A stretch of 63,406 bases of DNA, filler included, from Reticulomyxa filosa (Eukaryota > Protista > Foraminifera): NCBI GenBank assembly GCA_000512085.1. It is 17 parts of 17 records of this genome, joined end to end, with 100 filler letters (N's around TTAATTAATTAA, not from the genome) between each part and the next. Parts side by side here need not be neighbours in the genome. Positions count along the whole stretch, not along the records: positions 8,070 to 14,425 come from ASPP01017024.1; positions 14,526 to 21,228 come from ASPP01025150.1; positions 21,329 to 24,455 come from ASPP01040664.1; positions 24,556 to 27,891 come from ASPP01013171.1; 13 more parts are not named here. One strand, written 5' to 3'. Made by a program: the position numbers and the translations under genes. How positions within the stretch are numbered: position 1 is the stretch's first letter; every line of letters begins with the position of its first letter. The notes below the pieces were generated by a model. The model saw only the letters and a list, made by a program, of their open reading frames with translations. It was not told the DNA's origin and did not search any database. Shown here in pieces: positions 12,495 through 25,225 of this stretch.

Positions 12495-13488
12495 TTATGC
12501 TTCCTTGGACTTTTCTAAAGCTTTTTTTAACAATGATAATAAACCAATGCATGTTAAGGATATGGAAAAGAAAGTTGATAAAAACAACACTTTGCCAAAT
12601 GAAGGTGGGAATGCAGTCGAACGCGACATGATTGGATTGAAAGACAAAAGTGCTCCAGAGTTCATACGTAATGAAGAAGCCGAAGAGAATTCGGCACAAA
12701 AAAAAGAGAGCGCAAACAAGACCTTTAGCACTTGGGACAAGGATGGCAATCCATAAAAAGCAGCGAATACGTACGGATGCAAGAACACCGTGCTGATCTC
12801 GAACAATAGCGCCACCATCGCAGAACGTTGCATCATCGGAGACAGCAGAGTTATTCCGTACACAAATAGACAAAACAAGGCATGGAATAAAAACGGCCAT
12901 CCCCACCAATCGATCACGCAACGGTATACGTCCCACGTGAAATACCCAAACGATACCGCTAGTATATACTCTGCATGTCTTATCGGGTCACAGTAACTCT
13001 TCGGTATCGTAAACAACGGCTGCTCGTACCAAAAGATGTAGCTGCACGACGTACATGCAAATACTGCATGCAGCCAGCCGATCATTCTTGTCGCCCTTGG
13101 GGATCAATTATATATGTACATATATGTATATGTACACATATGTGTATGTGTATATGTGTGTTATTATATATGTACGCGATTATTTTTAAAATAAATAAAA
13201 ATAAATTTTTTTTTTTTTCCTTCTCTCTCTTCCCTCTCCCTCCCCTCTTCTCTTGCGTCACAAAATCCTTCTCTCCCTCTTTTGACACACTCCAAACTTG
13301 GTGTCATCGAAACGCGGCAGCTTCCACAGACTTAGGTGCCACAAAATGTCAAATGAAATTGCTGCACCCAAGGTTAGGATGAAACGGTAGACCGGAAATG
13401 CTGGAAAGTCCTCTCGGATTCGAAAATGCGGAAGCAGGTCAGTGGAAAGGAGCTCAGTCAACATCAGATATATCACGGTCGTCTTCAC
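12495..13488 (-). CDS. TLC (TRAM/LAG1/CLN8) domain membrane protein, TMEM56-like
   Basis: HAVFA, SFGYFTWD, FLFHALF, LLFEISTVFLH; after a poly-T frameshift near 12700: FFLCRI...ILNMHWFIIIVKK. Confidence 0.8.
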
Positions 13489-13823
13489 GATATTTCACTT
13501 AATTTGTCAAATAGTTTACTTCAAATTTTTCCACACGTTTCTATCCGAGAATGTCCAATCGAATATCCAACTGTCATAAATTTGGAAAAAAATTTCGGGG
13601 GAAAAACACACGTTCTTCAAGACAAAGCTCTTGCAGGTGGTAAGAAAATCGCAAACAAATTGTAGCTCAGTTGGACGAAGAAAAGTTATTTTAAACTTAT
13701 TTCGGGGCGTGTCTATTCGTAGCACGTGTGGGACAAACGCTACAGAAGTGCGTTCGGGGAGTCTCTCCTCACCCCCCTTTATAAACCGGAATAAAAAAAA
13801 AAAAAACACCGTTTTATTTTGCC

Positions 13824-14250
13824 ATGGCATCAAGTGGTGGATCATTGCCGCCGCTTCATTTACTCGTACGTAGTGAAAAGGGTTGGCAAATATTGGAACA
13901 ATGTCAAGCGGCACCCGACAACGGGAAGTCAGGCGACTTGTTTAAGCCGATAACAGAGAACAAGCCATGTTCAGACGTGGAAATCCAATTCAACCAAGAC
14001 GGGACTCTGATGTGCGTCTGCACGGATGATTGCATTGCAATACACGACTGCTCGAAAAACTACGAATGCATTGCCACACTAAGCCAGCGCAAAGTAAGAC
14101 ACGCGATATTCTCACCGCAAAGCAATTTTATTTTGGCATATCACCACAGAACCTCAGAGGATAAAAGAGGAAACTGTTGGGTGTGGCTGTGGCGTGAATC
14201 CCACTGCATCTATCAATTTCCTTGTGACGAATTTGACCCAAGCCGGTTAA
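13824..14250 (+). CDS. EIF2A: Eukaryotic translation initiation factor 2A, N-terminal beta-propeller (partial)
   Basis: LLVRSEKG, FNQDGTL, AIFSPQSNFILAY and GNCWVW resemble the eIF2A N-terminus. Confidence 0.6.
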
Positions 14251-14539
14251 CAACATACACACATACAAAAAAAGGTTTACAGCAAGTGAGGGGAGGGGGC
14301 GGGGGGGACGGAAAGGGGCAGCAAAAAAAAAAACTTGTTCCCTTCACTTTGTCCAATCTGCGCAAAATCGCATCAATATGTATTTATCCATCTGGAACAT
14401 TTTTTTCCTCCCCCCCCCTCCTTCCNNNNNNNNNNNNNNNNNNNNNNNNNNNNNNNNNNNNNNNNNNNNTTAATTAATTAANNNNNNNNNNNNNNNNNNN
14501 NNNNNNNNNNNNNNNNNNNNNNNNNTAATACAAAATTCT

Positions 14540-16040
14540 ACAGTTAATAATGCTTCTATTATACTTTCTATATGCCAGACTTATTTAAATTGTACACAAA
14601 AAAAGCATTTGAATTAACAGAATGAGAAGATACTATTATTAGAATTAGGAAAATATATTATGGAATTAGTATCACAATTAATTGATAAAGGGTTTTCTGG
14701 TGTTATAGATTGGACAGAAAATTAAATATAAAAGTAGAATTTATATTATTAAAACGTGTAGAAAAAGTAACAAATGGTTGGAGAATAACATTACATACAA
14801 ATCGGCCAATAGGTTCATCTATAAATGATATTGAAAAAAGAAAATCCATTTTCAATAATACATATTATAAAAATGACACCTAATCCATGTCAGAAGCAAA
14901 AATATTATTAGAACAAGATTTACAAACATGGTTAGCATATTGTAATATATTATATCATATAAATATGAATAAAATAGTAGATTGTTATAATAAAATTCAT
15001 TGTTTATGTGAAGATGCTACAAAATATGCATATTTACGGCCATCATATCGAGTATTATGGGATTTAAAATCATTTGATGTATGTGATGCATTAGGTGATA
15101 ATATTGGTAAATGGATAAAAGTATTAAATGATATGAAACAAATTCAATCAGTATTTGAAAAACAACATTTGACACATTATTTGTACATTTAGATAAAAAA
15201 ATATGAATTAGAAGAAACAGTATTTGCAGTAACTACTATATCAGATACTATAAAGCAGTTACGTTATTACAAAAATTAAAAGATGAATCATCTGGTTGAG
15301 AAGCATTATGGAAAGAATGCAAAGAAGCGGAAAAATTATTACAAGCTAATAGATATGTATTACAATCAATATGGATACTTGTATCAAGAATGAGAGATGT
15401 ATTAGATGATTTTTTTGCAGTATAGATAGACTCTGGAAAACATTAAATCAGAGGCACAAAGTATATATGATAAATTGGAACAATAATTTAGTGTAATAAC
15501 AACGATATACAAAGATTAGAAGAAAAATGCCATACAGAAAAAGCAACACAATGTTGAGCAAAAATGTGGACAGATGAGGAATACAAAAATGGTTAAGAGA
15601 ATATCAAAAAGGTATATTAAGGTTTGCATTAAAAGGCTAGAAATATGCTCTTGATGGTATAAAGATGTTAAAAATGCTAAAGAAGCAATGCATGTAGTAA
15701 TAGAGCACAAAATGATGAAGAAATGGAAATAGAAAGAATGTTAGATTCTATACTTAAAGAATTAATAGGACACAAAGTATTATCTGATAGACAAGATGAA
15801 TTTGATAATTAGATAATATAGATAAACAAAAATTCATTGGTATGGATACAAAATTAGGCAAAATATTAAGAGAAATGGAAGATGGTTTATGTAAATTACC
15901 TAATAAAATAAGCAATTTCAGCATATAACAAATTTGTATCAACATTAAAAAATGGATAAAAATATATTTGATGATTTATCATGTGATGTATTAAGAAAAA
16001 AGCATTGGAATGAATTAGATAAAGTATTACATTTAAAAAA
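14540..16040 (+). pseudogene. Degenerate cytoplasmic dynein heavy chain tail fragment
   Basis: YRVLWDLKSFDVCDALGDNIGKWIKVLNDMKQ (cf. YQxLWDM...LGEDLxKW), LLQANRY, LCKLPNKI and LRKKHWNEL (cf. LKDRHW) occur in the correct order, broken by stops and frameshifts. Confidence 0.6.
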
Positions 16041-17206
16041 GAATAATAATACAAATATGGTTCTAGTAAAAAAAAGGGTTCCACAAGGCATTCTTTTCAC
16101 GCTTTTGTTGATGTGAGGGCTTGAAAGAATTTTTGAGCATTAAATATTGCAAAAATAAAAAATGTGTTTCTTTCACCGACAAAAATTTTGAACATCATTA
16201 AAATGAGTAAAAAATCAATCATAACAATTACAACAATAAAGATAATTAAAATAATAGTAATAACTAATATGAACACTATTTGCATATTATTGGAAAAGTT
16301 CTGTTGTGTCAGCTCACATGAAAATGAAAGTAATTAATTCAAAATTCTTTGGTATGATTTGTTCAGAAAAAAAGTGACTGTCTAAGAGGCATTTTAAAAA
16401 ATTGAAAGATATTACTTCTATACTTTGCATAAGCTGAGTTTATTTCTCCTATCTGAATAGTGTTTTTCTTCTATCCTTTAAATTTGATTATTATCACATA
16501 TTACTTTTTCTTCTGCAATGTATTGATAAAATTGCATGTAATTTTTCTTTAAAAAAAGATAAGTTGGTGAGATACAAAAAAGTAATTTATATAGTCGCAC
16601 ACAGCGATGCAAACATATTTTTATATTGTAATGGATTACGTGTTAAACTTCTAGGAGGTATGCAAGATAATCAGACAGAAAGTATGAAGCAAACATGAGG
16701 GCTGTGATTATAGAAGATGTGTCAAAGAAGCAGCTTGAGCAAGGAATAAAAACGTTTCAGTGATGATTGAACGATCAGAATGTTATTTTCACTTTTACAT
16801 AGCAATTAAAAGTACAATACACACGAATAAAACAACTTACTTTCAATTTTGAATAATTGCAATTATAAAATTATTTGAAATGAACACATAAAAAAGCAAA
16901 TATAAAAGAAACCTATAAGTTGAAATACAAAGAAATTATTATTGAAATTAAATATGAATCTAAAAAAGTATCAACTCTTTTATGAAATTAAAAATAAAAC
17001 AACATTTATCTATATTTTATATCAATGATAAATGTTATATACATTACACAAAAATAATATAGTATTGTGCAAACAAAAATTAGCAAGCTATCTTATGAAA
17101 ACTTTCGGCAATCGACTAATGAATTGCAACGTAATAACAAATGATATTATTAACTAGGAACATTTTGACTAAAAAAAAGGCATTTATTAAAAATACAATA
17201 CAATCG

Positions 17207-18762
17207 CTACAACAATGATACGTCATCTTGATTCAAACACCACACTGCTTCATTAAGCTGATCTTGTTCTAAACGAATTGAAGTCTTCCATTTCTTTAAT
17301 TCATTTTCAATGCCTTTCTTTTTTGGAGATTCATAAATTCCACATTTTTTCATTATTTTTAAATATTGATCTTTCCCACATAATATTTTGATTGGACCTT
17401 CTTTGAATTCATGTTTCAATCCATTTCTTTTAAATGTCATCAAATAACGCAAAAAAAAACTTATTTTTGACATTATACTGAAATCCAATAATACTTGCCG
17501 TTTATTGAATATATCAATCTTCCAATAATTAAAAGAATGAATATAATTTAATTTTTGATATAATATTCTCTCCATATTTTGTACTGCATTCATCCAATCC
17601 TTTTTGTGCGATAGTACATATGAACATATTAATCGTTCCATATCTGTGGCATCAATAGAAATTGAGTTTTTATTGACATTAGGATATAGTCCAGTAAAGA
17701 GTATATTCAAATATTGTTGATGATATGATAATTTATCTGATTCATTGTCATCCAATATTTCCATCTTTTTCAAATGTCCAACACTTTTTAATCCAATCAA
17801 TTTCTTACAATCAGTATTGATATTATTTTAAACGATAATTTTGGAATTTCATTTTGATAAAAATCAAACATTTCATCAATCTTATTATCTTTTAGTAATC
17901 CTGACATGACAACTGAACATGTTATTTCATTAATTGAAATGAAGTATTCAGGTTGTTGTGAATAATTCAATAAGTCCATCGTCTTTTTTGATTTTCTACA
18001 TTTTGCATATACATTTAGCATTGAAGTGAGTATTATGATATTGATTTGAATGTCGGGTTCGTTTTGGATTTTCTTCCAAATTATTTCAGCACTTTCCATA
18101 TCACATGAATTTACGTATGCTGATAACATTGAATTACATGCTATTGAATCTGGTTTAAGATTGTAATGATCAACTAGCAATTGAAAGTAGTGTAATTCTC
18201 GTTTAATATCACCTCTTTTTGAACAATATTTGATCATTGTATTGAATGTTATCATTGTAGGACCGAAAGATGTGATATTTGATGTGAATTGTTTATGAAT
18301 AAACCATTGTTCAAATAACTCCTTTTGAAGCTCCAATTTATTCCAAATACCCAAGTAATGTAAAATAGAGCTGCAAAGAATAGCATTCAATGAAATATTT
18401 TGTTGATGAATCAATTGTATAATTTGATGAAAGGAATTTGGTTGTTTTAATTCAGAGCATCTTTTAATTGCTACAGAATAAACACTTGAGTCTTGGAAAG
18501 GAGTATTTTCAAGGAATTGGATAATATCATTGATGGCTATCATTTGTTTAATCAACAATCTTACATTACGGGATTGTGGAGGTGGTATTGCTTTTACTAG
18601 TGTTCCACTTTGTCTTTGCAACTTTTTCTTAGCTTGATTATCTTTCCAAAAAAACTTCATATTGACTCTTTTGTCGTAAAGAGTAGAGGAAGATGAGGGT
18701 ATGTTGGTTTGCAGTATAGGCTTTTGGATAAAAAGATGTTCTTGATTATTATTTTTCATCAT
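17207..18762 (-). CDS. Pentatricopeptide-repeat protein with a C-terminal SMR-like domain; frameshift near 17830 (possible pseudogene)
   Basis: PPR motifs PTMITFNTMIKYCSKRGD, KPDSIACNSMLSAY, NIIILTSMLNVYAK and NEITCSVVMSGLLK. C-terminal LLDFS...IKILCGK resembles a degenerate SMR domain. Confidence 0.75.
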
Positions 18763-19065
18763 CGTTCAAATACTTTTTTTTATTAAATGCACTTTTTTTG
18801 TGAACGTCCAAAAAACAAATTATGACCGTATACATGGAATAAAATTGCTTTATAAATGTTAATTACCTTAAAGACAAAATAATTTCGATAACTAGCATTA
18901 ATTCCATCAGCAAGTAAATTAAATTTTGTCTGAATCATTTTGCGTTATATCAACTAAAACGATTATTTGTACTGATACCACTTTTTCTATTTTAAGATTG
19001 CATCATACTCATTATCCCATCTTCTAAGAGAAGCTCAAGAGAAAAAGCAACAGAAGTTGAAAAAA

Positions 19066-19569
19066 ATGGGAAGTCATATCAATAAAATAGTGTCATCGAC
19101 CAACAACGAGCGGTACGTTTCATTTCAACTCATCAGAAAGAGTTATCCTTTAAGATTTGAGTATATGTGATTTAAGATAAATCTGTCAACAGAGAAAGAA
19201 ATCAAGTAATTATTAAATATTGGCTAAAATATTGAATGTTAAAATAGGATAGATCCAAGATCTTGACAGACTTGTTGTTAAATATGGTAGTCATTTGTTT
19301 TTTTTATTCAATGTCAATATTTATTTGTTTTATTCAGGTTCACGTAGGACAGGTAACTTTTTTTATATTTGAGGTGTCTTGCCCATCATCCAAATTTATC
19401 AAAACTTTTCACTGAACATGTTGACATTGTGTGGAGTATTGATTCCACTACATTCAATAACTATCAATCCATTTCTTTTGGATCAGGTGATAATACAGTT
19501 TGTGTATGGAATGTAATGACTAACAGTCAAAGTCAATCATTCAATGAGCACACGAACTATTATAAATGA
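19066..19569 (+). pseudogene. WD40-family pseudogene with the N-terminal 'IIKYW...GWI.D.D.LVVKY' module
   Basis: FTEHVDIVWSID...FGSGDNTVCVWNV...FNEHT; stops and frameshifts upstream. Confidence 0.65.
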
Positions 19570-20259
19570 AGCAAAACAACAAGATATGCAATATCTAATT
19601 AAAAATATGTTCTACAAAAGTAAAAATATATGTTACATATTTTTCTGAAATATGATAAAAATCCTTTTATTATTATGTCAAATTCAAAACAGTTACTTTC
19701 GTAACAATGAAATTATAAAATGTTGCAATCGGAAAATATGTTGATTTATATTGGAGATATTTCCCGTCTAGTATATTTAATCACTTTTTTGGCGTGTCAA
19801 TTGTTGTGTTGTTTAGGATTACAAATTATTCAGTGAGCTGCTCTGAATGCCATTTTTTAACTATCTTTGGCTTACTGAAAAATGAAAATCAACAATAACA
19901 GTACAACAAGTTACTGGCAAAGTCTTTTTTATTTTCACAAAGCTGTAGTTTGCAAAACATGAGCAACAGAAATGCTGTCAATACTTTTTTTCTGTTTCAT
20001 CATCAAATCAAAATTTTTGAAAAATGTTATTGTTGTTGTTGTAGTTGTCCAAGGGACAACAAACAAAACAACAAGAAAAAGCAAACATCGAAAAATTGTA
20101 GCAGTACAAAGTAAAGTACTTTGTATCGTGCGAATGAGAAAAAGAGAAAAATTCAAAATACAAGAACACATGAAAAGATAAATTTTTCTCCAAGTCTTTT
20201 TTGAGGATTTTTTTTTAAAAACAACAATAGCTTGTAGATTTTTTTAAAAAAAATTAAAG

Positions 20260-21228
20260 TAGCCAATTTTGCGCTGCGGATGTTGGGGCCATGATGTCAA
20301 CAGTCTCTTCAGCCATTTTCCCAAACGAACGTGCGTTGCAGCCACAGCACCAATTCTAGAGCCAGAAGAATGGTAGTGGCCATCGTTATTGCATTGGCAT
20401 TGATATTTGCAGCAGTGACATCATTTGTTCCCAAAGAATGGTAGCATTTGTGTGAATAGCTTGACATTCGTCTCCTCCACCAGTATCACCACTAGTATAT
20501 CTCCTTCTTGTCCGCTTTCGTCGATATGCTTGTCCAACTCCTCATCCTTTTGCTTTGCATTGTTATTATTGTCGTCGAAGAAGGCTTCATTGATATCGTT
20601 GTCCAGCGTTTGCGATATTTCAAAGTACATTTCGAAGAACACAGCCAGCAACATGTCGAGCATGAAGACGCTAAAAGTGGAAGAGAAGGAAGTAGATGCT
20701 AACGCCCATGTCATTGTTCCAGTTGTTGCTGCAAAAGATATTTGGAACAACGTGATGATAGCCATCTGTGCGTCGCAGAAGGTGGTCGTGTGATCATGAT
20801 TGATGACCTTGGATTCGTTGCAGCGATCCTTACCATATAATTTTGGGTTCCATGCCGACAATGGCGAATACGTACATAAGTCTGCCGGCAAAGGCGCCAC
20901 GAATTCGATCTCAGGGCCCAGAATTGTCTGCCATACCATGCTATACACAAAGGTCATTTCGCATGCGATCAGATCCGACGAACACAATTAGGCCAATACT
21001 GTATCTAACACGAAGCACGTGTGATATGCGTCGTGATAGATGAGCAAAGCCAGACAATCCAACACGATCAACAGACTCTTCAAAATCGTGTCCAACAGCC
21101 ATGCTTGGAGATGCAATATCGTCGATAGCGACACACACAATACGACGCACAAACTCTTTACGCGATCGCATGCGCGGCGTTAGCTTCGTGACACTGAGAT
21201 ACATGATGCTCAGAATATTCATACTGAA
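20260..21228 (-). pseudogene. Degenerate voltage-gated/two-pore-type ion channel fragment
   Basis: Across shifting frames: LMYVFAIVGME (S5-like), AIITLFQI...NNW (pore-like) and FMLDMLLAVFFEMY (S6-like), with stops. Confidence 0.5.
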
Positions 21229-21328
21229 NNNNNNNNNNNNNNNNNNNNNNNNNNNNNNNNNNNNNNNNNNNNTTAATTAATTAANNNNNNNNNNNNNNNN
21301 NNNNNNNNNNNNNNNNNNNNNNNNNNNN

Positions 21329-22485
21329 TTTTTTTTTTTTTGAAAGAGAAGAAGATAGAGATCGATAGCATGGTCAATCCCATTACTTTTTTTTTTTTTT
21401 TTTTTTTTTTTGCAAAACAGAAAGGTGATGCATTTTTTTTTTTTTTTTGATCGACCATATTATTGCACACATCAATTTTGAAGCATACTTAACAATGAAA
21501 TAATTGCCATCAGATGCATGTTTCTCGGCAAATACATTTTGAATTCTTCGCAATGCTTCGTCAGTTAATTTATCAATTTGATTAAAACACACAATTACCG
21601 GAATCTTTTGCCCCCCCCCCCCCGTCCACAAACACCCCCATTTTGTTTACTTCTTTTTTTTAATTCACTCTTTTCTCTTCCTCTTTACTTTTTTTTTTTT
21701 TTTTTTGGATCTGGAACAGCACTTAACATGTAGACCAAGCTTTTTGAATTTGTCCAACCAAAAATCTTCCAAGTCATTCATCCATCTTTGCTACAATTTG
21801 TTATTGTTGTAAATTTATTTAAATAAATGGTTGGACCCAATAAGATACTAAAAAAAAAAAATATTATCAATTTTGCACAGTCAGCAAATTATGTTTTTCT
21901 CCCTCTCAGATCAAAATCATCCAAAAAAAATCTTTTTTTCTTAAAACCTCTTTAAAAAAAAATTGGGTGAAAGGAGACAATAAAAAAAAAGAACAAAAAA
22001 AAAGGGGGAGAAAAAAAAGGGGTTAAAAAAAAAGAAAAGTAACTGAACCAGCATTAATGACAACAACCACTAGATCAGCCAAACCCATATGCTGTTCAAC
22101 ACCAGCCATGTCATCTTCGGATGTGTCGATAATCAACAATTGTCTTTGATCTTGTTCAAATGTCAAAATCATTGGCTCGTTTGTGCGTCGATCTGACTCT
22201 CTTAACAATGATGGGTTTGTCCGCACTTCAAAACTAAGCTGTCCACTCATTGCACGAACAAATGTCGATTTCCCTGCCCCATCTTTTTTAACATTGCATT
22301 AACAAACGATTTTTTTTTAGAATAATCCAATTAAGTCAACAATACACACAAAAAAAAACACAAATTTTTATGTGCCTGAAATTCTAATTTTTTGGTTGAA
22401 ACCCAACGTCACAAAAAAAAAAAAAGGACCTACAGTTTCCAACAATGACCACTTTTGGCAGTGACGCGTGGTCGACTTCAAACAT
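21329..22485 (-). CDS. Miro-like atypical small GTPase domain, multi-exon, 3'-partial
   Basis: Spliced MFEVDHASLPKVVIVGNYGAGKST (P-loop split by an intron), LLIIDTSEDD (Miro-type G3), ADLVVVV, FWLDK and IPVIVCFNQID (G4 variant). Confidence 0.65.
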
Positions 22486-23250
22486 TGCGCTTGACCAATG
22501 TTCAGAGGAAGAAAGCAAGTGAGAGCAAGAGATACAGAAGAAAATGATGTATTTGGGAACTTTTCGTAAAATTTTTGTTTATTGGAATGTTTGTACTTGT
22601 TGGAGTCAAAAAAATTTCTGGACCAAAGAGTCAAGTGTGCGAGATTAAGATGCTGAACACGAAAAAAACAAGTTAAATAAATTTTTTGTGCAAAAACATT
22701 CAAAAATTCAGTGATGAGAGGATAATTTTTATCTTTCTTGCACGCAATGCTCGAATCGAATAAATTCGATTATAGAAATGGCAGTTGATGATCTGATTCA
22801 TTTTTCTAACGAATTCATTAAAAAAATAAGTGAATGGAGATCAAAGTAAGAAAAAATTATCATATTAATTCACTTTTGCAACATTGTTTTCTTTCGCTTT
22901 TTTCAGGAGAAGAAATAATTTTTCTTCTATTTTTCTTATTTTTCCTTTTATTTTATTTTATTATTAATTCATTCCGTGTTTTTCCGTACTACACTTCTAC
23001 TGCTGTTCAATTCCTACATAAAAAAAGATTCAAAAAATTAAGAATAACCTCAGAAACTAAAAAATTTTTTGAAAGAGCACGTTTGTTACCTTAAAAAATG
23101 GTCAATTCGGCAAAGTAAAATAAGATTTGACTATTTGTGTACTTAAATGTTCCATTAAGAAGTTAATTGTGCCATTATTATTTTTTAAAATGGTTTTATT
23201 AAAAACGAATTTTGTGGAAAAAATTTAGGAATAAAAAAATATTATCGACG

Positions 23251-24306
23251 ATGACGGACAAAGTTCTTATTTCACGCGATCTCTCCGTGAAAAAGCAACA
23301 TCGTTGTAGTTATACTGGAGGTCGTCTTGTAAGCAGTCGCATGGGCAGCCCATGGTTTGTAAGTTTGAACAACGGCGACATTTCTATAGTTTCGATCGAA
23401 ACTGGTGAGGTAATAATGAACATAACGTCAAGAGGTAACATTCGACAACGAGGAGCACCTTTGAGTAAAGTGATGACAAATGACCTGTCAATGGATGAGA
23501 TCATTACATTTGACATGTCACTAAACGATGAAACAATGGTGTTTGCAACAAAACAAAATCGAATAGTGGTGATAAAATTGCTATTCGACAATGAGTTCAA
23601 AGAGTATATGTTGCCAATGGGTTGTAAAATTGTGAAAGAGTATCCAACCCAAATGAAAACAGCTGTCCGCTGTCTCGTGTTGGATAACACTGTCACAATG
23701 GTAGCTGGTGGCACCGGCAATGGTGAAATTCGTGTTTAGTGGTTTTTTAAATTTCTCGTCACTTTTTTTTTTTCCCCCCTTTTTTTTTTTTACAAAAAAA
23801 ATTTAAACGGAAATACGCAACTTAGTTAATGTAAATACTTAAAAAAAAAAAAAAAAATGATAATAATAACAATAACAAAGATATGGAATGTAGAAACAGG
23901 ATTGGTAACGCACAAATATGTTGGACATAGTTTACCAATAACATGTTTGAAATTTCATCCAAATATGTCTCGAATGGAACTGTATTCAGGAAGTGCGGAC
24001 GCGAGTGTTCGAGTGTGGCATTTGAAACAAGACCGATTGGTACTGTTGAACCAACTGAGCAACTTGCAACGTCGTCTGCGCCAACTCGAAAACACGCAAG
24101 TGCAGAAGAACGACCAAGAGGGGAAAGAAGAACTGGAGAACAAAAAAAGAGCACTGCAACAACAGATCAAGAACTATCAAGTCATGGAGCAGCAGTACCT
24201 GCGTAAGTGCATGAGTGGAACCCATCACTCTGCTGTTGTGTCCTTGTGCTTCTTGACTACAGTTGATTCACAGAGAGATGTCATGGTGTCGATTGCCCTG
24301 GAAGAT
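23251..24306 (+). CDS. TBL3: Transducin beta-like 3 / Utp13 WD40 protein, 3'-partial
   Basis: YTGG near the start; VAGGTGNGEIR/IWNVETGLVTHKYVGH...LKFHPNMSRMELYSGSADASVRVWHL. Confidence 0.7.
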
Positions 24307-24555
24307 GTTGAGTAAAAAATAAAATAATTAAATAAAGGGAATATTGTATGTGCAGAAATTGTTTTATGATTTAAATCAATGTCCACAGATTATATAATCA
24401 CCTATATATCACTCTTATATACATGTATATATAATTTTTTTTTTTTTATATGTATNNNNNNNNNNNNNNNNNNNNNNNNNNNNNNNNNNNNNNNNNNNNT
24501 TAATTAATTAANNNNNNNNNNNNNNNNNNNNNNNNNNNNNNNNNNNNNNNNNNNN

Positions 24556-24597
<42 letters not shown>

Positions 24598-24690
24598 CTG
24601 TTCTTTTTTTTTTTTTTTGTCATTGTTGCTATTATATAGCAGTATACATGTATGTATACGTATATATCTATCGAAAAAAAAAAAAAAAAA

Positions 24691-25225
24691 AGGGGAAATT
24701 GGGATACCATGTGAGGCTCCATCTGTGTTTGAGGCGATGAAACATGGTGTTCTATTTATCAACATTGCTGATGGGTATTGCACGTATCGCAAATTTGGTG
24801 GCCATCGCTTTATCACGCAACATGATCATGCGTTGGATATTTTGCGCAGAGAAAACAAATCGGAGTATATTTGCAATGCGCAGCTACTGAATGTGGCGTC
24901 CGTTATCGCGTGCATCGAAAGAGCAATGACAGTGCCATTGCCCTCTTATGTTCCGCAGGATGTGCAATGGCCGTCTTTGTTTGAGCGCGTCAAAAAATGG
25001 GTCATTCGTCCGTTATTGTTACGCCTTGGGCAAGAACACAATATTGTTCGTTATGATCATCCCACTGGTAACGAACAACATCAAATACATCGCCAATGTG
25101 AACCGTTTCTTATTGATTCGGACGAAAGAGGATATTGGACGCCTGTTTGTCAAGCACAAAATAACACAGACCCACGGGCATTAATGTGCGGAAAAGATCA
25201 ACGATGGGATTCCTTATATACTTAA
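24691..25225 (+). CDS. Glycosyltransferase family 18 (MGAT5/GnT-V-like), C-terminal exon
   Basis: GIPCEAPSVFEAMKHGVLFIN (cf. GFPYEGPAPLEAIANGCAFLN), ITQHDH (cf. TSQHPY) and PSYVP...LFERV. Confidence 0.7.

Noticed and set aside
12690-12710. Programmed frameshifting in the TLC and 7TM genes
   Set aside because: The shifts fall in homopolymer runs, typical of pyrosequencing-type errors.
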